Assembly: GCA_964016885.1 (NCBI GenBank)
Contig: OZ024747.1
Coordinates: 54,746,001-54,810,000 of the forward strand
DNA length: 64,000 bases
Reading direction: 5' to 3'
Source of the DNA: Eledone cirrhosa
Taxonomy: Eukaryota
Each line of letters opens with the position of its first letter. Positions within the stretch are counted from its first letter, which is position 1. This document shows positions 56,201-64,000 of the stretch, in pieces. The notes beneath the pieces were generated by a model. It had not been told where the DNA came from. It was given only the letters and a program-made list of their open reading frames with translations, and did no database searches. The position numbers and the translations under genes were made by a program.

Positions 56201-56960
56201 TTCATAGGTCTCCCACTATCATTGTTCAACTCATCTACCACTAAATTTAGGATGTCAACCGAATCTTGTCCTAGCCCGTCAGCATTCATCTCCTCAGTGG
56301 CCGTATCTCTGTTCCAGGTATTATTTATCTCAGTATTCAGATCATTGTCTGCTTCGGGTGGTTCCTCCGTTCTCAGGACCTCCTCACCTTCATTTCCCGC
56401 CGGCTCGCTTGTCTGGCATACTACACCCGCCATCTCCAAGCCATTCTCTCTGCTCAGTTCCTCCAGTTCCAGCTCGCTTATCCACCCATTAGTTCTTATT
56501 ACCCGAGCCTGCCCGGCCAATTTTTGTTCATCTAATTTAAATAAACCAATCTCGTTCCAGATGTTATGCATCCGTCTCCTGTAGCCCCTCTCCTTGGGGT
56601 TACTTTTCAGGTAGCATTGCATAACAGTTCTATTCAATTCTTTCGTCCAGTTGGTTCTGGCCCCTTTCCTTCTTCTTCTTCCTCCAACATCAGCAGTATT
56701 TGGTTGACAGTCAGGTTCCTGCTGCTGAGCCAGGGGGCACCTGTTGGGTGAGAGTCTGTCACATGACGTTCTAGTCTCCATTTCACCGTTATTCGAACTG
56801 TTTATGTTCGATATTTAAACACTCTTATCGAGGATTGGCGAATGTATGTTTACATAGCCATCTGTGGATCCGCCATCCCACTTGGCCCTTGTGTGGCATT
56901 ATCACCACGCTGTATACGGACACACATAAACAAACAAACACACGGGCAGAAAGGGCCCCA
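53270..56960 (-). mobile_element. Probably full-length R4/Dong-type LINE with a short 3' UTR ending in (TAA)n
   Basis: An approximately 75-nt 3' UTR follows the stop, then AATAACAATAACAATAATAAT.... Dong-type R4 elements are known to target (TAA)n. The 5' boundary is uncertain. Confidence 0.8.
53389..56781 (-). CDS. Intact 1130-aa RT plus REL endonuclease protein of an R4/Dong-clade non-LTR retrotransposon
   Basis: N-terminal WTxExNxxVMxCY..GYRRRM motif. RT motifs SPGPDG, NYRPITCL, IDYRKAFD, GIFQGDSLSP, FMDD, YKYLG and GGRGL. CCHC motif CRIC..H..EC, RHD and nuclease motif PD..D..K. Confidence 0.95.
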   Translation of the reverse strand: METRTSCDRLSPNRCPLAQQQEPDCQPNTADVGGRRRRKGARTNWTKELNRTVMQCYLKSNPKERGYRRRMHNIWNEIGLFKLDEQKLAGQARVIRTNGWISELELEELSRENGLEMAGVVCQTSEPAGNEGEEVLRTEEPPEADNDLNTEINNTWNRDTATEEMNADGLGQDSVDILNLVVDELNNDSGRPMNLRFVDRKKLKETTAKVNKVIPYLEARSLHQCNNILKATANTVRKLLGIKARGNNRQERAEPWWRKRLSGQIGEMRNDIGKLESLLNGTLKNIGTKNRLEIKYKTRSKKLNIIIEELKQRIVAKSAKIRRYENRVSQYKQNRMFDNNQKMLFGQLEGKERGNDLIPGAEQAKTFWRGIWEQDVRHNAQAGWIETVQREIGEQAQKQTDLSITVETLKGQAKKLTNWKSPGPDGVQGYWIKHLTSLHPKLTAMFNDCLVSGEVPEWLTKGTTVLIMKDRIKGNDVTNYRPITCLPVMWKLLTSIVSEEIYHHLHTNNLLPDEQKGCRRKSRGTKDQLLIDKMVMGNCRRRHTDLAMGWIDYRKAFDMVPHSWITKSLEIFRVADNIRQLLGRSMGSWETELTSTGVSLGSVKIKRGIFQGDSLSPLLFVVALMPLTIMLRKVRAGYKLGRGELTINHLLFMDDLKLFGKSEKELDVLVDTVRIFSSDICMQFGIGKCGVIVMRRGRLSRSNGIQIPTGEMIKEIDSEEGYKYLGVLEADGIKNKKMKELLRTEYIRRVRSVLKSHLNSRNAISAVNSRAVSIIRYSAGILRWNVAEQKEMDRKTRKLLTIYNMFHKRSDVDRLYLRRSEGGRGLISIEDCVQMEKNNLYKYVTYSKEPMLRAVLKEGTVGQGIPKEEITSMRKSSLKGKSLHSTFFEKTEFRDPQTWNWLRRGDLKKATEGMLMAAQEQALKTKWLKHHIYKEEASPLCRICREREETVAHIVSECKHLAQTHYKGWRHDVMGRVIHWHLCKVNNLPHSEKWYEHRPEAVMENSQVKVLWDFRIQTDKKLEHNRPDLVVVDKEKRSCLIVDVACPFDTRVQEKEREKINRYQDLKWEVKRIWNCHEVKVIPIVIGALGTISKGFQGWLKKIGPFTLFGTLQKACLLGTARTLRYVLNI

Positions 56961-57353
56961 CAAATGAATAAGCATAAGTTTCATTGTAATGTAGTATTCG
57001 AATGTCTGACTTAGTTTTTGTTTTTTAAGTTTTACTTTTTCCCCCCTCTTCTCTGTCCGTCCGCCTGCTTCTCTCTTCATTCTTATTTTCTTTACGTTTT
57101 TGGGGTTTCTTTTTTTGTTTTTGTTTTTCTCTGTTTTTCTCGTTTTTTACTGTTGTTGTTGCTGTGCTGCTTTTGTTGTTTGTTTTTTCTTTTTTCTTTT
57201 GAGTCTATCTATATATTTTGATGCCTTCCTCTTTGTTAGTAGTAGGAATTCTATAATGTGGAAGTGGTAGCCAGCAGAGATTGGCGGCGTTGGCGATACT
57301 GAGACAGTGGTGGTGGTGATGTCGGTACCGAGGCAGTGGTGGCGGTGATGCGA

Positions 57354-58059
57354 CCGTATTACTGTAGTGATGGTGCTGTAGCGGTGGCAGCAGCAGTGAA
57401 GGAGTCAGGGGGTGGTGGCGGCGGTGATGGGATAGTGGTGGTAATGATGGCCGTAGTGAGCGGTGGCGGTGACGGTGAAAATGCTGTTGTGTTTAGTGTA
57501 CACAGATGATGGGGTGGGTGGTGTATCTAGTTTCTGGTGTTGGTGAGTTTCGCTGTCCTATATAGTGTAGCCAGAGGAGAGGAGGGGGGGGGGGGTACTT
57601 CTTCTTCCATTTATAGCCATTTTATTTTTTTGGGGGGGGATATACAGTGTACAATACAAAGTTGAATATTTGAATATTTGAGCCGTATTACTGTAGTGAT
57701 GGTGCTGTAGCGGTGGCAGCAGCAGTGAAGGAGTCAAGGGGTGGTGGCGGCGGTGATGGGGTAGTGGTGGTAATGATGGCCGTAGTGAGCGGTGGCGGTG
57801 AAGGTGAAAATGCTGTTGTGTTTAGTGTACACAGATGATGGGGTGGGTGGTGTATCTAGTTTCTGGTGTTGGTGAGTTTCGCTGTCCTATATAGTGTAGC
57901 CAGAGGAGAGGAGGGGGGGGGGGGTTCTTCTTCTTCCATTTATAGCCATTTTATTTATTTTTTTTTGGGGGGGATATACAGTGTACAATACAAAGTTGAA
58001 TATTTGAATATTTGAGCCGTATTACTGTAGTGATGGTGCTGTAGCGGTGGCAGCAGCAG
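57354..58059. repeat. Tandem duplication, about 330-bp unit x2.1
   Basis: CCGTATTACTGTAGTGATGGTGCTGTAGCGGTGGCAGCAGCAG occurs at 57354, 57683 and 58017. Confidence 0.92.
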
Positions 58060-58061
58060 AC

Positions 58062-58143
<82 letters not shown>

Positions 58144-58849
58144 GTTGTTTTTGTTGTTGATGTTGTTGTGGTTGTTGTTGTTGTTATTCAGTCTTTCAAG
58201 ACGTTGTTTACATCGCTCGTGTAATTTTATTGTTATTGTCATGAAGTTAAACGTGTCGGATAACTAAGAGGTTTGGGTAGTTTAGTTCTATTTAAAGACA
58301 GTAGGGTCTAAACTCAGACAAAGATGTTTCGTCCGCTAAACGTTTGTCCGTGGAGAGAAACAGTGGAAATTTTGGAAACATATGATAGTAGCAACAACAA
58401 AAAGCGCTGCAGCACCACCTGCCGAAGCAACAACAACAGATTCAGCAGCAACAACAACAACAGCAGCAGTAACAGATAGCAACAGATAGAACGGCAACAG
58501 CAGCAACCAAATCTTATCTCGTGCAAAGGAAGTCGACTTTCTGACACTGCCAATGTTTACCACTGTGAATGCTACCACTACCACCATCACTGCAACACCT
58601 GAAACGTAAAACTAAAATTAAAACTAACAAACACAACAGCGACAACACAAAGGAAAATAATAATCATGATCAGAAATAACAAGACCAATAACAGCAGCAA
58701 CAACGACAACAACATCAGCAAAGAGAAGAACGAAGGCGACAAGAAGAACGACGCCAGCAGCACCAGCACCAGAAAAAAACAACAACAACAACACCAACTA
58801 CAACGGAAGAAACAATCACATCAGCACATTCACAGCCGCGACTTGAAAA

Positions 58850-59410
58850 TCAAATGTCTTTCAAGTTGATATCGCAGACAAGAAACAATGTTTCTGCCAG
58901 GCATGGAATCTCATTTAGAGGGAAAATAATCTTGGCCAAACTAACCATCACGGCCGAAGTAATGGTATCAAGTCTAAAAAGGAAACTGATTTATATATAT
59001 TCATTTCCGTGCAAACCGTATAGCAGAACTGTGGAGGTTGCATGAAATGCACCAAATAAGCCGTTCAAAGCAAAGGCTAGACAGTTCGGTACAAACTCAG
59101 TTCTGTTCAGAACTGCCACCCTTGCCATACAATACTCAGTAATCCCCTGTAAAACGGACCACATTATCGTGTGACCATCCCATATTGGTCGCTCCTACCA
59201 TGCATGGTAGAAGAGGCTAGCGTTGGTAACCCTGCGAAGTAAGAAAATGTTCATAAAAGATTGGTTCGGGAGGGATTTGGAGATTTTATCCTCCAAACCA
59301 AACCTGACGAACTCATAATCATCCCTGAACTTGTTTGCCTTCAGGGCGGGTCAGCGGTACAAATCGTCTTTGAAGGCAGAAAACCCTACTGCTTCGTCTG
59401 CGGCAAAATT
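58850..59410 (+). pseudogene. Possible decayed L1/Tx1-type ORF1 (gag-like) remnant
   Basis: Segment IPELVCLQGGSAVQIVFEGRKPYCFVCGK resembles the region before the zinc knuckle in L1/Tx1 ORF1. GISFRGKII lies upstream. Confidence 0.45.
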
Positions 59411-60903
59411 ATTACCACTTTGTTCTCATAAGTTGGCGATGTTAATATCGTGGTTGTGGTAGATGGGGGGATTAGGATGGTGATAATGATGGTGATGATG
59501 ATGATGGGCAAGTGGATGCTCATGTTAATACGATGATTATTATGGTAAGAACTATGATGATGATGATTATGGTATGGAATTGAGGAGGAAACACTCATTT
59601 TTTCTCCCTTTCAAAGCCACCCCACACCTTCAATCTCTCCCTCTTTCTCTCTCATTCTCTCTCTCTCTCTCCCTCTCTCCCCCTCTCTCTCACACACACA
59701 CACACACTCTCTTTCTCGTTGCCTCACACAGTTGTTCTTCTGAGTCTATCTATTCGTATTTCTATTGATAGCATTGTATCATGTACACTTATGTATTTAA
59801 TCCCCAAATCCAAAGATCTCACATATGTTCGCATAATGTATCTCTCTCTCTTTCTCTCTCTCTCTTTCTTTCTCTCTCTCTCTCTCTCTTTGTACCTCTC
59901 TTTGTCTCTCTCCTCCCACCCTTCTCTCCAATATATCCATGTACTCACACATATGAACACATAGATATACTGAGGTATTCAATAGTGAACGATTAGAGTC
60001 AATGCGCCTGGCCACTGCTGATTCTAGCGAAAGACGGGTATGGATTGATATCAAATTATCAGAACCAACGCGCTGGAGTACTGCGGTGAATGATCATACG
60101 TCCTCAGCCAACCTGGCAAACGAAGACTAAAAGTAAATCACCTCCTAAATCTGAAATCAGTGCACTGAAATAAATATTTATCGATTTATTCCAACAGGAT
60201 AGTGCGATTTACACAAGTATTTTAAAGTTATATTATAAATATCAAAGACTAATTCGCTGTAATTGATATGTGCTTGACATTTTACAATCTTGGTTTGAAG
60301 CAAATTCTAGGATACCATGTTCAATTTTAAGATTATATAAATGCAACCTAAACTGTAAATTTGATATTATATTTTTGGCCTTAATTTTGTCCAGGGACTT
60401 AACAAATTTACGTAGTATTTAATAAAAGGTATATCATAATCACAAATATCATGATGTAGAGAATGTGTACAAGAGAGAGCACTATATATTTGCTCTGTAT
60501 GGTAGAAATTGCTGTAATATTTCTCTCTTGTCGGCCTTCCAGCATAGGCAACTAGACCGGTAATCAATCTGTCGGCAACTGTAGTTAGTTAGATGCTGAG
60601 TTTCTATAGGTTTTTATAAAATAATAGTGCTAAGCCCGATTAAATTTGTTAAGCTAGTGTCGCCACTGACGCCATCTCTTCTCTTTTTTTCTTTCACTCA
60701 ATCTATCTATCTAACTATAAATATTCTTAACTACCTCTCTCTATTTCTCTCTCACACACACAATAACACACACAGAAGTTCACGAACACACACAGCCATA
60801 CACAAAACCCTACAAACACGCAGAGAGAGAGAGAGAGAGAGAGAGATAGAGCGCGAGAGAGAGAGAGATGATTATACATATAGTTGAATGAGTGCTAACA
60901 TAG

Positions 60904-60952
<49 letters not shown>

Positions 60953-61158
60953 ACGTTACGTATGTTAAATAAGACGGTAACATGTTAGGAGATTATATGT
61001 ATCTGTACATCTGTACATCCATATATGCAGTGTGATATTAATGTCTTATGACACGTCCTTGTAAGGTTTCACAGCTAATTCAGACACTGCGTATTATTGT
61101 GACAAGGAAAACATTTTTATTACACAGCAACGATATGTAACTAGTAACGACATAGCTT

Positions 61159-61226
<68 letters not shown>

Positions 61227-61272
61227 TTACTACTACTACTACCACTACTATTACTACTACTACTAGAAGTAA

Positions 61273-61334
<62 letters not shown>
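61159..61334. repeat. (TAC)n followed directly by its reverse complement (GTA)n
   Basis: The TAC run ends at about 61265 and the TAG run spans 61273-61334. Confidence 0.9.
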
Positions 61335-61377
61335 ATTAGCTTAAGTTATTTGATCACTATTCAGCAAAAGTTGATGT

Positions 61378-61497
61378 ATTGTCAGAATCGATAGAGCATC
61401 GCAAAATATGTTATTGCTATAATGGTTCAGGCTGAGTACTTACTGGATTTATATCCCGTCGATGTGAACCTCGCTTGTCATCCTTCCGGAGTTGATA
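61378..61497 (+). mobile_element. Decayed SINE head that runs directly into the satellite
   Basis: GTCAGAATCGATAGAGCATCG (A-box region) and ATCCCGTCGATGTGAACCTCGCTTGTCATCCTTCCGGAGTTGATA align with SINE ATCCCGCCGAGGTTAACTTTGCCTTTCATCCTTACGGGGTCGATA. Confidence 0.7.
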
Positions 61498-64000
61498 CTG
61501 TACTGTATCTGTGATGGACTGTGGTTGCTACAGATGTGAACCTCGCTTTCTCATCCTTCCGGAGTTGATACTGTACTGTATCTGTGATGGACTGTGGTTG
61601 CTACAGATGTGAACCTCGCTTTCTCATCCTTCCGGAGTTGATACTGTACTGTATCTGTGATGGACTGTGGTTGCTACAGATGTGAACCTCGCTTTCTCAT
61701 CCTTCCGGAGTTGATACTGTACTGTATCTGTGATGGACTGTGGTTGCTACAGATGTGTACCTCACTTGTCTTCCTTCCGGAGTTGATACTGTACTGTATC
61801 TGTGATGGACTGTGGTTGCTACAGATGTGTACCTCACTTGTCTTCCTTCCGGAGTTGATACTGTACTGGATCTGTGATGGACTGTGGTTGCTACAGATGT
61901 GTACCTCACTTGTCTTCCTTCCGGAGTTGATACTGTACTGTATCTGTGATGGACTGTGGTTGCTACAGATGTGAACCTCGCTTTCTCATCCTTCCGGAGT
62001 TGATACTGTACTGTATCTGTGATGGACTGTGGTTGCTACAGATGTGTACCTCACTTGTCATCCTTCCGGAGTTGATACTGTACTGTATCTGTGATGGACT
62101 GTGGTTGCTACAGATGTGTACCTCACTTGTCATCCTTCCGGAGTTGATACTGTACTGTACCTGTGATGGACTGTGGTTGCTACAGATGTGAACCTCGCTT
62201 GTCACCCTTCCGGAGTTGATACTGTACTGTATCTGTGATGGACTGTGGTTGCTACAGATGTGTACCTCGCTTGTCTTCCTTCCGGAGTTGATACTGTACT
62301 GTATCTGTGATGGACTGTGGTTGCTACAGATGTGAACCTCGCTTGTCACCCTTCCGGAGTTGATACTGTACTGTATCTGTGATGGACTCTGGTTGCTACA
62401 GATGTGAACCTCGCTTGTCATCCTTCCGGAGTTGATACTGTACTGTATCTGTGATGGACTGTGGCTGCTACAGATGTGTACCTCGCTTGTCTTCCTTCCG
62501 GAGTTGATACTGTACTGTATCTGTGATGGACTGTGGTTGCTACAGATGTGAACCTCGCTTGTCACCCTTCCGGAGTTGATACTGTACTGTATCTGTGATG
62601 GACTCTGGTTGCTACAGATGTGAACCTCGCTTGTCATCCTTCCGGAGTTGATACTGTACTGTATCTGTGATGGACTCTGGTTGCTACAGATGTGAACCTC
62701 GCTTGTCATCTTCCGGAGTTGATACTGTACTGTATCTGTGATGGACTGTGGTTGCTACAGATGTGTACCTCGCTTGTCATCTTCCGGAGTTGATACTGTA
62801 CTGTATCTGTGATGGACTGTGGTTGCTACAGATGTGTACCTCGCTTGTCTTCCTTCCGGAGTTGATACTGTACTGTATCTGTGATGGACTGTGGTTGCTA
62901 CAGATGTGTACCTCGCTTGTCTTCCTTCCGGAGTTGATACTGTACTGTATCTGTGATGGACTGTGGTTGCTACAGATGTGAACTTCACTTGTCAACCTTC
63001 TGGAGTTGATACTGTACTGTATCTGTGATGGACTGTGGTTGCTACAGATGTGAACCTCGCTTTCTCATCCTTCCGGAGTTGATACTGTACTGTATCTGTG
63101 ATGGACTGTGGTTGCTACAGATGTGTACCTCACTTGTCACCCTTCCGGAGTTGATACTGTACTGTATCTGTGATGGACTGTGGTTGCTACAGATGTGAAC
63201 TTCACTTGTCAACCTTCTGGAGTTGATACTGTACTGTATCTGTGATGGACTGTGGTTGCTACGGATGTGTACCTCGCTTGTCTTCTTCCGGAGTTGATAC
63301 TGTACTGTATCTGTGATGGACTGTGGTTACTACAGACGTGTACCTCGCTTGTCACCCTTCCGGAGTTGATACTGTACTGTATGTGTGATGGACTGTGGTT
63401 GCTACAGATGTGTACCTCGCTTGTCACCCTTCCGGAGTTGATACTGTACTGTATCTGTGATGGACTGTGGTTGCTACAGATGTGTACCTCGCTTGTCATC
63501 CTTCCGGAGTTGATACTGTACTGTATCTGTGATGGACTGTGGTTGCTACAGATGTGTACCTCGCTTGTCTTCCTTCCGGAGTTGATACTGTACTGTATCT
63601 GTGATGGACTGTGGTTGCTACAGATGTGTACCTCGCTTGTCAACCTTCCGGAGTTGATACTGTACTGTATCTGTGATGGACTGTGGTTGCTACAGATGTG
63701 TACCTCACTTGTCTTCCTTCCGGAGTTGATACTGTACTGTATCTGTGATGGACTGTGGTTGCTACAGATGTGTACCTCGCTTGTCATCCTTCCGGAGTTG
63801 ATACTGTACTGTATCTGTGATGGACTGTGGTTGCTACAGATGTGTACCTCGCTTGTCTTCCTTCCGGAGTTGATACTGTACTGTATCTGTGATGGACTGT
63901 GGTTGCTACAGATGTGAACCTCGCTTGTCACCCTTCCGGAGTTGATACTGTACTGTATCTGTGATGGACTGTGGTTGCTACAGATGTGTACCTCACTTGT
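61461..64000. repeat. 72-bp tandem satellite, about 35 copies, continuing past the window edge
   Basis: Unit CCTTCCGGAGTTGATACTGTACTGTATCTGTGATGGACTGTGGTTGCTACAGATGTGTACCTCGCTTGTCAT with minor length variants. Confidence 0.97.

Noticed and set aside
53462-56751. Plus-strand ORFs overlapping the LINE
   Set aside because: Antisense shadows of the RT ORF.
61461-64000. CRISPR array or zinc-finger-like repeat protein
   Set aside because: There are no unique spacers. The 24-aa repeats are open on both strands, are interrupted by frameshifting unit variants and lack C2H2 spacing.

Overview
AT-rich, microsatellite-saturated animal genomic DNA. The repeat landscape resembles that of an octopod cephalopod, which is an inference. 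No host protein-coding gene is confidently identifiable, and nearly all listed ORFs are translations of simple repeats. The one intact long ORF (53389-56781, minus) encodes an R4/Dong-type non-LTR retrotransposon protein (RT plus restriction-like endonuclease) and ends in (TAA)n. Other elements include a decayed second R4-type copy, two decayed CRE-type fragments, a possible L1/Tx1 ORF1 remnant, many copies of a tRNA-derived SINE, and a 72-bp satellite that appears to have grown out of one SINE copy. The most striking signal is a set of non-coding cassettes at (TA)n tracts that carry minimal type-I hammerhead ribozyme (HHR) motifs. At least 7 well-formed motifs from 5 unrelated sequence families are present. 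Several are longer-than-monomer tandem copies folded into head-to-head inverted repeats with their 3' ends facing outward, and one SINE copy shows the same fold-back geometry. This looks like a retrozyme / non-autonomous Penelope-like system integrating at (TA)n sites from both sides. All RNA structures were assigned by eye.
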